A stretch of DNA of 64,000 nucleotides. It comes from a virus. Under the pieces are notes generated by a model. That model was not told the origin of the DNA. It saw only the letters and a program-made list of their open reading frames with translations, and did no database searches. The position numbers and the translations under genes are program-made. The DNA is taken from IMG/VR virus record IMGVR_UViG_3300005436_000501, positions 32,001 to 96,000 of that record; one strand, written 5' to 3'. Shown here piece after piece: positions 17,743 to 26,699 of this stretch; the first letter of the stretch is position 1; each line of letters begins with the position of its first letter.

Positions 17743-18251
17743 CGGGCACCCCGCCACAGCGTCATCGGCGTGTTCCCCGCGACGTACAGCGGGTGCTTGG
17801 GCGCCCCGGACTTGGTCACGCCGAGGCAGTGCAGGTGCCCCACGCCCGGCTGACGCCCGATCAGGGCCAGCACCTGCGCGACCCGGTCCGGCTTCGCGTT
17901 CGCGCCCCACGCCGCGATCACCTCGTGGCATGAGACGGCGTCGGCGATGTGCCGGTCGTTGTCCGGGCCCACCGGGTCCGCGGCGGTCCACAACTGGGCC
18001 GGGTCCGTGGCGCGTAGCGCGTACAGGTTCGCGACGATCAGCCGCCCGAACCCCCAGCCCCGCGAGAAGACGCTGATCCGGCGGAGGGTCTGGTCGTCGG
18101 TGTCCGCGTCAGCCGTAGACGGGTTCAGCATGATCCAGGCGACGGCGGGGCCGCCGCCCCAACGCCGCTCCAACAGGTACCGGTACACGCCGTCGGGTGA
18201 GATGACCGCGGACCGGGTCACGCCCACGTCGAGGGACTGCTGGCCGGTCAC
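17739..18251 (-). CDS. DUF1643 family protein
   Basis: YRYLLERRW..IMLNPSTAD...DD.T..NLYALRATDP..AAWG..PKHPLY. Confidence 0.92.
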   Translation of the reverse strand: MTGQQSLDVGVTRSAVISPDGVYRYLLERRWGGGPAVAWIMLNPSTADADTDDQTLRRISVFSRGWGFGRLIVANLYALRATDPAQLWTAADPVGPDNDRHIADAVSCHEVIAAWGANAKPDRVAQVLALIGRQPGVGHLHCLGVTKSGAPKHPLYVAGNTPMTLWRGAR

Positions 18252-18463
18252 CGGGTCTCACCGCCCGGCGGGACGATCGTGACGCCGCGCGACGCGAACA
18301 GCGCCACGATCGACGCGTCATCCCGGTACCGCTTGACCGACAGCATCGGCACGCCGACCACGTCCATCGTCGCGGCCAGGATGTGCGTCTTGATCCGGTC
18401 CGAGGCGCCCACACGCACCAGCGCGTCGGCCACGGCCTCGAAGGTCTCGGTGTCGCCGGCCAT
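18248..18463 (-). CDS. Hypothetical protein
   Basis: TGATG coupling. Confidence 0.55.
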   Translation of the reverse strand: MAGDTETFEAVADALVRVGASDRIKTHILAATMDVVGVPMLSVKRYRDDASIVALFASRGVTIVPPGGETR

Positions 18464-18834
18464 CAGGACGCCCCACCTTCGAGCACGGCCCGCGCCAGCC
18501 TCACCGCGGCGGGCTCCGGGTGCTCCCACGACAGCGCCAACGCGAGACACCAGCGGCAGTGGTGGTGCCCGTCCTCGTCGACGAACCCCTCGTCGAGCTC
18601 GGTCGGACACTTGTACTTCGGCGCGCTACGCGAGGGGCACTTGCGGCCGGGACAGTGGTCGGCGCCGTGCTCGCCCTGGGTCTCCTCGTCAAGCAGGTCG
18701 GCGACGGCGGAGGCGAGCGGGGAGGTGTCAGTCATGCGCAGCCGGAAGGAGGCGCGGCCCATCAGGTCGGCCCAGGTGCGGATCCCGGCGGGGCCGGCGT
18801 CCACGTGGACGCTCGCAGCGGTCGGCGGCGTCAC
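18463..18834 (-). CDS. Cys/His-rich hypothetical protein
   Basis: Coupled ORF; ends AVRLARAVL. Confidence 0.6.
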   Translation of the reverse strand: MTPPTAASVHVDAGPAGIRTWADLMGRASFRLRMTDTSPLASAVADLLDEETQGEHGADHCPGRKCPSRSAPKYKCPTELDEGFVDEDGHHHCRWCLALALSWEHPEPAAVRLARAVLEGGAS

Positions 18835-19403
18835 GGGGTCACCGCCGGGGCGTCCTCGCGCAGGTACTCGAGCGCCGCCTCGACCGTGGCCGTCCAGTCG
18901 TAGTGCGTGGACTCGCGCTCATCCGCGACGGCCCAAGTCTGCGTACCGTCCACCCGGTCGACCGGGTGGAAGTGGGCGAGCGCCCCGGTCATGTCGTCGG
19001 CCTGGTGCTCCCAGGCGTTCGCGATCGCGTGGGCGGCCTTCGGGGCGAGGCTCGCGACGTATGCGGCCGCGAGTTCGAGCATGTCCCCGACCGCTTCCCA
19101 GGCGGTGCCGCCGGTGTCGGTGGTGAACTCGCCGATCACGCGGTGCGTGTAGCCGTGCGGCTGCGGGTCGCGGACCTCCAGGACGAACCAGGAACCGCGG
19201 GGCGCGTCGTCGGCGCGCTCGTGCATCAGCTTGGCGGCGCGGGTCACGATCCCGGCCGGGCTGTCCGGCAGGATCGGGTTGTCGCTCGCGTACTCGGCGC
19301 GCAACTCGACGAGGTGAGTCGGGTCGAAGCCGAACGGGTCGGGCCTGGGGCCATTACTGACGGCGCTCGGGTCGGGCTTGTGGTCGGTCTGGTACTCGGG
19401 CAT
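18831..19403 (-). CDS. Ead/Ea22-like phage protein (paralog of 10470-10868)
   Basis: RAAKLMHERADDAPRGSW..YVASLAP..AIANAW..WTATVEAALEYL. Confidence 0.6.
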   Translation of the reverse strand: MPEYQTDHKPDPSAVSNGPRPDPFGFDPTHLVELRAEYASDNPILPDSPAGIVTRAAKLMHERADDAPRGSWFVLEVRDPQPHGYTHRVIGEFTTDTGGTAWEAVGDMLELAAAYVASLAPKAAHAIANAWEHQADDMTGALAHFHPVDRVDGTQTWAVADERESTHYDWTATVEAALEYLREDAPAVTP

Positions 19404-19460
19404 CGGTTCCCCCAAAGGAATCGGCGGTCGGGATGAGAGGTGGTGCGGTGTTGTCCCCCG

Positions 19461-19544
19461 GGCCGGGGCCGCCTGGTGCACGGCCCCGGCCGTGCCGCCC
19501 TGGCCTAGGGCGGCTACCGCGACGGTTGGGGGAGCCCGCCGCGG
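19461..19544. other. Three tandem stem-loops in an intergenic region
   Basis: GGCCGGGGCCG/CGGCCCCGGCC; GCCGCCCT/AGGGCGGC; CCGCGaCGG/CCGcCGCGG. Confidence 0.55.
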
Positions 19545-19552
19545 AACCTGAG

Positions 19553-19807
19553 CTACGGAACCCGCTGCGACGCGGGGAACGCCTCACGCACCCGCGCGAG
19601 ACACATCACGCCGAACTTGCGGATCTTGAGCAGTTGCCGGTCGGACAGCGCCGCGACCTGATCCCGTGTCCGGTAACCCGCGCGACAGAGCGCGTTGCGG
19701 GCCTGATGCCCGACACCGTCGTGGCCGAGCAGGTCGTCCAGCTCGGTCGGGGAAAGGCGGCACGAGCCGTTACGGCAGCCGGGCACGGCGGGGTCGTCCT
19801 CAGCCAT
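19553..19807 (-). CDS. Stand-alone RNA polymerase alpha-CTD-like protein
   Basis: ARNALCRAGYRTRDQVAALSDRQLLKIRKFGVMCLARV matches the alpha-CTD pattern N.L.R.GI.T..L...LL.IRNFG. Confidence 0.75.
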   Translation of the reverse strand: MAEDDPAVPGCRNGSCRLSPTELDDLLGHDGVGHQARNALCRAGYRTRDQVAALSDRQLLKIRKFGVMCLARVREAFPASQRVP

Positions 19808-20069
19808 GAGTGACCGCCAGGACTTCGGTGAGCAGCGCCTGGAACTCCGGGCCGTCGATGTCCGCCGCAGTCCACGGCCCAACTGCGTCGGTCACCCGGG
19901 GCCGGCGCTTCATCGGGTGCTTCTCGGCGAGGTGACCGAGCAGATCCGGATCGGCAGCCCCAGCCGGCGTCGGGTCGACGCGCTCGCAGTGGCGCAACGC
20001 GGCCACCCCGACCGCGGCGAGCGCCGCGAGGATCAGCAGCAGGACCATGCCGTGCAGCAGATGCGTCAC
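19800..20069 (-). CDS. Membrane-anchored hypothetical protein
   Basis: N-terminal TM helix. Confidence 0.6.
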   Translation of the reverse strand: MTHLLHGMVLLLILAALAAVGVAALRHCERVDPTPAGAADPDLLGHLAEKHPMKRRPRVTDAVGPWTAADIDGPEFQALLTEVLAVTHG

Positions 20070-20611
20070 GTGGCACCGCCCTGCGCGGCCTCACGGGTGA
20101 ACCGGGTCGCCAGTGTGAGGACCTGCACGACCGCCTCGGAGATTTGCGCGTCGCTCGGCGGGCCACCGAACAAGTCCACCCCGGGCGGATCGATCGGCTC
20201 GGGCAGCACCTCCGCGGGCACATGACTGTCCCGGCCACGGTGCGGCATCAACCAGCCGGGATGCGTCGGCCCGAACACCTCCGACACGGTCACCGGGCCA
20301 AGGTCCGGGTCGAACCAGGGCGCGTCGCCGTCGAAAGGCTCGGCAGCGAGCAGATCCGCAGGCTCGACGCACAGCACCGGATCGGGGAGCGTGGCGGCCA
20401 CCGGCTGCACGTCGCGGTCCCGAGTCAGGTAGCACCAGGCCGCGAACCGCAGCCACGGACCCACCCGGCGGCGCACACCCGCAGCCACGGACACACCCAG
20501 GTTCGACAGCGTCCACAGGCCCGCGCCGAACACGACCACGGCGAGCCCGACACCTGCCTTTGCGGCGGCCGGCAGCGTCCCGGCCTCGTGGAGAGCATGC
20601 GAGAACGTCAC
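20066..20611 (-). CDS. Membrane-anchored hypothetical protein
   Basis: One TM helix, Pro/Asp-rich tail. Confidence 0.55.
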   Translation of the reverse strand: MTFSHALHEAGTLPAAAKAGVGLAVVVFGAGLWTLSNLGVSVAAGVRRRVGPWLRFAAWCYLTRDRDVQPVAATLPDPVLCVEPADLLAAEPFDGDAPWFDPDLGPVTVSEVFGPTHPGWLMPHRGRDSHVPAEVLPEPIDPPGVDLFGGPPSDAQISEAVVQVLTLATRFTREAAQGGAT

Positions 20612-20763
20612 GGCGCACCGTCGCCCGGGCCGGAGGACTCCGTGAAGTGCTGCCTGGTGACCTCGTCGGCGTGCTTCGAGGCGCGGCCCATACCGAGCGC
20701 GAGCACCAAACCGGCGCAGGCCAGGACGGCGACGACGATGACGGCGATCCACGCGGCGCTCAC
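20608..20763 (-). CDS. Small membrane protein
   Basis: WIAVIVVAVLACAGLVLALG; GTGA overlaps. Confidence 0.6.
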   Translation of the reverse strand: MSAAWIAVIVVAVLACAGLVLALGMGRASKHADEVTRQHFTESSGPGDGAP

Positions 20764-21416
20764 GACGCCACCGCCTCGTTGGCGCCGCTCTTGAGCACCC
20801 GCGCGCGCTCGGCGAGCAGCATGTCCAGCGACGACCAGCGCAGCACGTGGCCCGGCGTCACCTCGTCCGCGATCTCGACCTGCACCGTCGGGCTGACCAC
20901 GTACGCCGACAGCGCCCGTGTGCGCTGGCGGAGATACGCCTCGACGTTCGCCCACGCCTCATCGACCGTCGTGGACGGGCCGTCGGCCGCGAGATCCGAG
21001 TAGCCGATGAAGCTCTCGCCCTCCCGTGGCACGGTGCGCTGCACACGCGTCGGGATGTGCCGCGGGAACAGGAAACGCACGACACGCAGGAACTCGGCCA
21101 GGTGCCGCGTGTCCGCCTCGCTCGGCTCGAAACCGAAGTAGGCGGCGAACTCAGCCCGCCGCTCCTGCGCGGTCCAGCGCCAACTCGCCTTCTCGATCTG
21201 CGACCACAAGTCGTCGTCGGTCGCCGCCCGCTCGGCCTCGTCCGTCGTTGCCGTGTCGGGGCGCTGGGATGCGGTCAGCGCCAGCGTCGCGTACGCCTGC
21301 GCGATCCCGGCCGCCACCTCCGAGATCCGCATGTCGCGCGGGTCCTCGGTCAGGTGGCGGGCAGCGGTGTCCGCGAACTTCTCGGCCTGCTGGCCGTACC
21401 AGGTCGCGTCCGCCAT
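20760..21416 (-). CDS. Hypothetical protein
   Basis: TGATG coupled to the nuclease gene. Confidence 0.65.
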   Translation of the reverse strand: MADATWYGQQAEKFADTAARHLTEDPRDMRISEVAAGIAQAYATLALTASQRPDTATTDEAERAATDDDLWSQIEKASWRWTAQERRAEFAAYFGFEPSEADTRHLAEFLRVVRFLFPRHIPTRVQRTVPREGESFIGYSDLAADGPSTTVDEAWANVEAYLRQRTRALSAYVVSPTVQVEIADEVTPGHVLRWSSLDMLLAERARVLKSGANEAVAS

Positions 21417-22333
21417 CACGCACCCGCCTTCGCTGTCTTGCGCGGACCGGAGACGAAGTACAGTGAGTACCGGTCCGGGAAGTCCGGGCTCGGCCGGAAA
21501 TCCAGCACCCGATCCCCGCACTGCACCCGACCGCCCTCATCCGGGCGCAGACCGTCGAGCGCGCCCTTCAGGCGGCTGGACCTGTCGGTCAGCTCCTTGA
21601 TCTGCTTGCGGACCTGCCACAACTCCTCGGCGAACTTCGCCGCGTCCGGGTCCTCCACGAGCAGCACGGACAGCCGATCCCGCTCGGGAACGTGCCCCTG
21701 CCAGCAGATCCCGCCGTCCTCACCCCCGAACGGGCAGCCGCGGCAGAACACCGAATCCGGGTCGTGGTCGCGCGGCAGCATCCCCAGCTCGGTGTCGCGG
21801 ATCTGCGCGAGCCACGTGAACGCGTCCCGCACGTGCCGAACGTCGAACGGCCCGGACCACACCCACTCCTCGCCCGTGTCGCGGGCGAGGTAGTCCAGCT
21901 GGACGCGCTCAACCGGGTGTCCCTCGGCGATCAGCGCGGCGCCGTAGCAGTTGACCTGCCACATGTGACTGATCTCCGGGCCGTTGAGCATGATGTGCTC
22001 AAGCCAGCGCGACGAGGTGGTCTTCGTGTCTGCGACCTTGCGCTCCGCGGCCTCGTACCGGTCGAGGTGGCCGAGGACTCCCGCGAAGCGCACCTCGTGC
22101 TCGACGAGGTCGTGCGGCCCCTTGGTGTCCTTGAGTACGTCGGCGACCATGTCGTGGATCGCCGACCCCATGACGGCCTGCACGCTGCCGGACGGGTTGA
22201 CCGGCTCGGTGCCGGCGAGCTTGTAGCCCACGCGGCGACGGCACGAACCGAGATCGGACATCCCGATCTCGCGCTGACGGCTGCGCGGCCGCCGCTGGTC
22301 GGCGATCAGCAGGAGCTCTGCGGTGGTCGTCAC
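21416..22333 (-). CDS. Cas4-like/RecB-family PD-(D/E)XK exonuclease (recombination)
   Basis: SDLGSCRR..GSAIH..GHLD..DTKT..QVNCY..CRGCPF..C. Confidence 0.85.
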   Translation of the reverse strand: MTTTAELLLIADQRRPRSRQREIGMSDLGSCRRRVGYKLAGTEPVNPSGSVQAVMGSAIHDMVADVLKDTKGPHDLVEHEVRFAGVLGHLDRYEAAERKVADTKTTSSRWLEHIMLNGPEISHMWQVNCYGAALIAEGHPVERVQLDYLARDTGEEWVWSGPFDVRHVRDAFTWLAQIRDTELGMLPRDHDPDSVFCRGCPFGGEDGGICWQGHVPERDRLSVLLVEDPDAAKFAEELWQVRKQIKELTDRSSRLKGALDGLRPDEGGRVQCGDRVLDFRPSPDFPDRYSLYFVSGPRKTAKAGA

Positions 22334-23226
22334 GGCGCGTCGCCGATCGTGCCCTGGACGCCGCCCATGGCCGGGTCGTGCTCGTCGTCGTAGTGGCCGG
22401 TCTGGCCGCATTCGGTGCACACGTTCATCTCGCGCGCCGGGTCGGCGGTCTGGGTCTGCTGCGTGAAGTCGAACTCCTCGGCGATGCGCCCGACTTCCGC
22501 GCGCGCGGCCGCCGGCTCGACGAGTTCGGCCTCTTCGATCACTGTCGCCGCAGGCGCGGCTGGCGTCGGGTCGGCGGTGTGGAACACGCCGGGGGCGTCC
22601 TCCCCCTGCTCGTCGTCGAGTTCCTCGCCTTCGGCGTAGAAACCCATCGCGACCTCGGGGCAAATGAACCTCGCGCAGTTCGAAACCGCACGGGCGAGGG
22701 TCATACGGCGCGGGTGCGCCTTCCAGATGTCCTTGTTCGCCAGCCCGGCGGTCTTCGCGTCGTCGAGGTCGAACTTCTCCGTGTGCATCGCGCCGGTGTC
22801 GCCGCGCACGATCGTCATACGGCAGTGCCGCTCGTCGTGGTCCGGCTCATACCGGTGGTCGGCGCGCGAGCCGCCCGGCTGGTGCTCCTCGCCGGCGCCG
22901 TCGCACGTCTTGCACGGAACGAACGCGCGGTGGCCGGCGCGGCGCAGCAACGCCAGCCATGTCTGTGCGGCGAGCGTGGGGCGGCTGTTGACGACGTAGA
23001 TGCCCTGGATCGACTGCATCGGGGCCAGACCGACTTCCTGCCCGTAGAGCAGGATCGCGAGCACGTCGGAGGGCTTGCCGCGCAAGTCCTTAGGCATGAG
23101 CCCGGCCATGGCGAGCGCCTGGGAGAGCCGGTAGGCCTCGTCGAGGCCCCTGAGGGGAACTCCGACATTGACGGCGATCTTCTTCGGTTGACGGGTGGCG
23201 ACTTCGGTGCTGGTAGGCGTGCTCAC
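22330..23226 (-). CDS. RecT-like ssDNA-annealing recombinase
   Basis: GKPSDV..GQEVGLAPMQSIQGIYVVNSRPTL..AKTAGL..WKAHPRRM..ARA..AR..PE; next to the exonuclease. Confidence 0.78.
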   Translation of the reverse strand: MSTPTSTEVATRQPKKIAVNVGVPLRGLDEAYRLSQALAMAGLMPKDLRGKPSDVLAILLYGQEVGLAPMQSIQGIYVVNSRPTLAAQTWLALLRRAGHRAFVPCKTCDGAGEEHQPGGSRADHRYEPDHDERHCRMTIVRGDTGAMHTEKFDLDDAKTAGLANKDIWKAHPRRMTLARAVSNCARFICPEVAMGFYAEGEELDDEQGEDAPGVFHTADPTPAAPAATVIEEAELVEPAAARAEVGRIAEEFDFTQQTQTADPAREMNVCTECGQTGHYDDEHDPAMGGVQGTIGDAP

Positions 23227-23558
23227 AGCGACGCCTCCTTCCTTCGTTGGGAGGCGGCCCGCTGGGCGGAGCCGGGGATGGTGAACACGCCGAGCGGTTC
23301 GGCGTTCTTCGCGTCGACTTCGAGGGCGTACATCTCAACGTCGAGCGACAGGCCGGCGAGCGCCTCGTCCAGGGTCGCCAACGCGGACTCCGCGACGGCG
23401 GGCCGCGCGTCCGGGCCGCAGGACTGGGCCCGCGACATGTCGTCCTGTGCGTCACGTGCGACCCGCGCCAGATCCAGCAGTTCCGCGAGCCCCTCCGGGC
23501 AGTGCGCGAGCGCCAGTTCCAGCACCTGCAACGCGACCTTCGCGGTGATCTCGCTCAC
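23223..23558 (-). CDS. Hypothetical protein
   Basis: Coupled ORF. Confidence 0.6.
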   Translation of the reverse strand: MSEITAKVALQVLELALAHCPEGLAELLDLARVARDAQDDMSRAQSCGPDARPAVAESALATLDEALAGLSLDVEMYALEVDAKNAEPLGVFTIPGSAQRAASQRRKEASL

Positions 23559-23848
23559 GGGGCCACCGCCTGCGGGTCGTACACCGCGCGGTAACCGGCG
23601 AACTGGCCGAAACTACGGGTCGCGGTGAACCGGCCGCCGATCCCGGCAACCGGAGTCACCCCTAGGCGGTGCGCGATCTGCGCAACCATCTGGAACCCGT
23701 CCAGGTCGGTCTGCGCCGTGACCCGGTACTCCACGACGACCCGGTGCGGCAACGGAACCTGCGACTGCGCCACGGCCGCGAGCAGGTCCAGGACGTCACG
23801 CACCCGCGGACCCTGCGCAGCGATCTCCGTCTCCGGGGCCAGCGTCAC
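23555..23848 (-). CDS. Hypothetical protein
   Basis: Coupled ORF. Confidence 0.55.
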   Translation of the reverse strand: MTLAPETEIAAQGPRVRDVLDLLAAVAQSQVPLPHRVVVEYRVTAQTDLDGFQMVAQIAHRLGVTPVAGIGGRFTATRSFGQFAGYRAVYDPQAVAP

Positions 23849-24159
23849 AGCGCACCCCCGGCGGACCCGCCGAGCGCGACGACGATCAGGGCGTCCGCGA
23901 GCTGCCAACACCACACCCGGTCGCCGAACAGCACCGCCCCGCCGACCGTCTCCACCCGGCCGGCGTGCGCCTGCGCGACCCGCAGCCACACGTCCCCGGC
24001 CGACTCGCCGCCGCACAGCACGTAATCGCCGGGCAGTACCTGCGTCGGGTTGAGCGGCACCAGGTCGCCGTGCAACGGCTCGTCCAGGGCCGTGTCCACC
24101 GCCGCAGGCATCGAGTCCGGCAGGTGCAGCGCCGCAGGGGTCTCGTCGAGGGCGGTCAC
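23845..24159 (-). CDS. Hypothetical protein
   Basis: Coupled ORF. Confidence 0.55.
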   Translation of the reverse strand: MTALDETPAALHLPDSMPAAVDTALDEPLHGDLVPLNPTQVLPGDYVLCGGESAGDVWLRVAQAHAGRVETVGGAVLFGDRVWCWQLADALIVVALGGSAGGAL

Positions 24160-25037
24160 CGGGGCTCACCGCCCTCGGCCGGCTCGTCCGAGACGCGGCG
24201 CCCGCCGATACACCCGGGCGCCGTGTCGTCCCCGTCGGGCCCGTTCTGAGCGCCCTCCGGGTCGGCGGGGACACGACGCGGCAACGGCTCGGCCGCGGCA
24301 GGCGCCTCGTCGGGCATCGGGGGAGCGGAACCGCCGCCATCCGGGTGCACCGGGGACGCAGGGGCTGCAACACCGTCGGCGATCACGGAACCGCCGCCCG
24401 GTCCGACCGCACCCTGCGCCCGCGAACGGGACCGCGCACGCGGGTCCGGCATGTCATCGGTGATCCTCGGCAGGCCGACCAGGGTCTTCTCGCTCAGGTC
24501 GTGCGCGTTCACCCACACCGCGCCGACGCTCTGCCCCAACTGCTCGGGATCCAGGCCCACCTTCACGCCGGTGATGTCCTCGACCTTCACGGCCGCCTCG
24601 ATCGCCGCCGCCGCCTGCCCGGCCGTGCGCTGCGCCTCCCGCCTGCGCCGCTCGATCGCCGCCTCCTGCGCGGCCTCGGCGTTGGCGCCCTTACTGAACC
24701 CGTCCAGTTCGGCGCGCAACCGGTCAAGGCACTTGCGGTAGTCGAGCGTGTGGTCGTCCTGCAGGTCGAGCACCGTGCGGGCCAGGCGCCGCAGTTCGTA
24801 GGCGGGGTGCGAACCGGCCGGGGTGCGCGGCGCCGAAGCCGCCTGCGCCTTGTCGGGGCGGGTCAGGTGGCGGACCTCGGCACGCAGCGCCGAGAGCAGC
24901 CAGCGGGCCTGCTGGTCCGGGATGAACTCGTCGCGGCGGCGGCGGAACAGTCCCCGCCTGGCCTGCGGTTTGGGCTCTTCAGCGAACGCGTGTTTGTGCG
25001 AGCCCTGACGATCGGATACGGTTGGTTGTGAAACCAC
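24156..25037 (-). CDS. Hypothetical early protein with coiled-coil
   Basis: RBS AAGGGGG; high GC3. Confidence 0.6.
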   Translation of the reverse strand: MVSQPTVSDRQGSHKHAFAEEPKPQARRGLFRRRRDEFIPDQQARWLLSALRAEVRHLTRPDKAQAASAPRTPAGSHPAYELRRLARTVLDLQDDHTLDYRKCLDRLRAELDGFSKGANAEAAQEAAIERRRREAQRTAGQAAAAIEAAVKVEDITGVKVGLDPEQLGQSVGAVWVNAHDLSEKTLVGLPRITDDMPDPRARSRSRAQGAVGPGGGSVIADGVAAPASPVHPDGGGSAPPMPDEAPAAAEPLPRRVPADPEGAQNGPDGDDTAPGCIGGRRVSDEPAEGGEPR

Positions 25038-25081
25038 CGGTTAAACCCCCTTTTGATCCTGATGTGCTGGTGGTTGGATCG

Positions 25082-25120
25082 CCGCCTCGCCCGGGCTGCC
25101 TCCGGGCCTGGCGGTTTTTT
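25082..25120 (+). terminator. Hairpin + T6, oriented to stop + strand (antisense) transcription
   Basis: CCGCC..GCCCGG/CCGGGC..GGCGG followed by TTTTTT. Confidence 0.6.
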
Positions 25121-25126
25121 CGTGCG

Positions 25127-25342
25127 CTACGCGGCGCGCGGGACTCCGCTTGCCGCCGCCTCCTCGGCCTCGCGCCGCATCAGGCGCGCCGCGGCCGGAG
25201 CCCACAGTTGGCGCATCCGCTCGACCAGATCGGTTGACGGCTCCGGCGCCTCGTCCACGCTGCGCGTGACGTCCGCGACCACCTCGGGGCCCAGCAGGGC
25301 CAGGAAGTACTCGTCGGAGAAGTCGCAGTCCGGGGTGCTCAC
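25127..25342 (-). CDS. Small hypothetical protein downstream of the cro-like gene
   Basis: GTGA coupled. Confidence 0.6.
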   Translation of the reverse strand: MSTPDCDFSDEYFLALLGPEVVADVTRSVDEAPEPSTDLVERMRQLWAPAAARLMRREAEEAAASGVPRAA

Positions 25343-25656
25343 GCGACCACGGCCTTGCGCGGCGTGGCCGCAGGTTCGCGGACGTCGACTAGGTCGAACA
25401 GGGCGTTTTCCGCGTCGGCGCGGCTGTGGCCCCGCTGCATCAGCAGGTCGGTCAGCGCGGCCTTGACCCAGATGGACAGGCCGATCTGCCCGTTGACGAT
25501 CTGCAGCAGGGTGGTGGAGTCGAGTCCGGCGGCCAGGCTGATCGCGGATGCGTTGGGCTTGCCGGTGCTGCGGGTGCGCAGCGCGGGCTCGTCGCCCGCG
25601 AGGATCTCGAGCGCGTCGGACTGCAAGACGTACATCTTGCGTCTGATGGCTGCCAT
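25339..25656 (-). CDS. Cro-like HTH regulator
   Basis: PNASAISLAAGLDSTTLLQIVNG HTH; first gene of the leftward operon, divergent from the repressor. Confidence 0.7.
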   Translation of the reverse strand: MAAIRRKMYVLQSDALEILAGDEPALRTRSTGKPNASAISLAAGLDSTTLLQIVNGQIGLSIWVKAALTDLLMQRGHSRADAENALFDLVDVREPAATPRKAVVA

Positions 25657-25673
25657 GACCTGCCCCTTCATCG

Positions 25674-25726
25674 CTGAACTGATTCAGTTCAGTTCCGACT
25701 CTAGCACCTGAACTGAATCAGTTCAG
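25674..25726. promoter_or_regulatory. Two perfect 19-bp palindromic operators flanking a leftward -10 (TAGAGT)
   Basis: CTGAACTGA-T-TCAGTTCAG (25674-25692) and CTGAACTGA-A-TCAGTTCAG (25708-25726); minus-strand TAGAGT at 25698-25703. Confidence 0.85.
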
Positions 25727-25894
25727 CAACTAGGCCGAGGCTGTGTGTTGCGAATCGGTAACGGGACGCAAGCGGCGCGCCAGGGCGGCCGGGACGTTTT
25801 CGCGCCACTTCGGCCGCACTCTCTGGCGCGCACGTCAGCCGTCTGTGACACTGCCCGCGCAAGGGGGAGTGCTCCGACCGCGCGCGGCGCCCGC

Positions 25895-25918
25895 TAGACT
25901 GACTGAACAGTTTCAGTC
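25895..25918 (+). promoter_or_regulatory. Candidate repressor promoter -10 (TAGACT) with adjacent degenerate operator
   Basis: TAGACT at 25895-25900 then GACTGAA-CAGT-TTCAGTC palindrome sharing the CTGAA/TTCAG half-sites. Confidence 0.65.
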
Positions 25919-25953
25919 GGTGGCCGCCGCGCACCCGATGGCCAGCGCTCAGA

Positions 25954-26505
25954 ATGGGACGAACGATGCCCCCAGAGGCACGAGACCGACGCAGGGCGAA
26001 ACGCGGCGAGATCGCACAGCAATGGGCCCGCTGGCTCAAAGACGCACTCGCCGCACACCAGCCGCCCATGGCCGCCGCCGACCTCGCCCGCAAATCCGGC
26101 GGAGCCCTCGACACCGGCAAGATCACCCACTGGACCAACGGCGACAACACCGCCGCCCCCGACAGCGCCATCCTCGTCGCCCGGCTGCTCTGCCGGGACC
26201 CCGTCGACGCGCTGCGCGCCGCCGGACACCAGGAGATCGCGTCACTCGCCGAAGACCTGCGCCGCGACGCCCTGACCGCCTACATGAACCGCCAGGAAGC
26301 CGACATCGAGGACGACCCCTGGCTGCGCTGGCTCGACCAGGAGCTCGAACAGGGCGCCATCCCCAAGCCCGAATACGACCGGCTGCGCGAAGATTTCCTG
26401 GCGCGCAAACGCGAGAGCATCAGGCTCATGCGAGCCGACTACGCGGCAGCGCTGGTCCGCATACAACCCGAGGTGAACGGCGACGACGACCGGGCGGCAC
26501 GCTGA
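25954..26505 (+). CDS. Immunity repressor (XRE-type HTH)
   Basis: WLKDAL..AADLARKSG..DTGKITHWTNG...LVARLL.RDPVDALRAAGH; divergent from cro. Confidence 0.8.
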   Translation: MGRTMPPEARDRRRAKRGEIAQQWARWLKDALAAHQPPMAAADLARKSGGALDTGKITHWTNGDNTAAPDSAILVARLLCRDPVDALRAAGHQEIASLAEDLRRDALTAYMNRQEADIEDDPWLRWLDQELEQGAIPKPEYDRLREDFLARKRESIRLMRADYAAALVRIQPEVNGDDDRAAR

Positions 26506-26699
26506 CACCAAGGCTCTGACGCGTGGTCACACAATCGGGTGACGCCACTCCCGTTTGCGCCACCCGGAGCCTACTGTGACCAGTTGGTGACTAACCGTCC
26601 GACCGCGTCCGACACCCCAGTCCCCGGTGCCAGCGCCGTGTCATACTGGGCCGCCCGGCGGGCCGGCCCATCACCGCGGGAGCGAAGGGGAGAGCACTG

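Noticed and set aside
21416-22333. Cas4-like protein as a sign of a CRISPR system
   Set aside because: No repeat-spacer array or other cas genes seen; its position beside a RecT-like gene fits phage recombination
26526-26543. GTCAC-N8-GTGAC as a BldD or CRP box
   Set aside because: Spacing does not match either consensus
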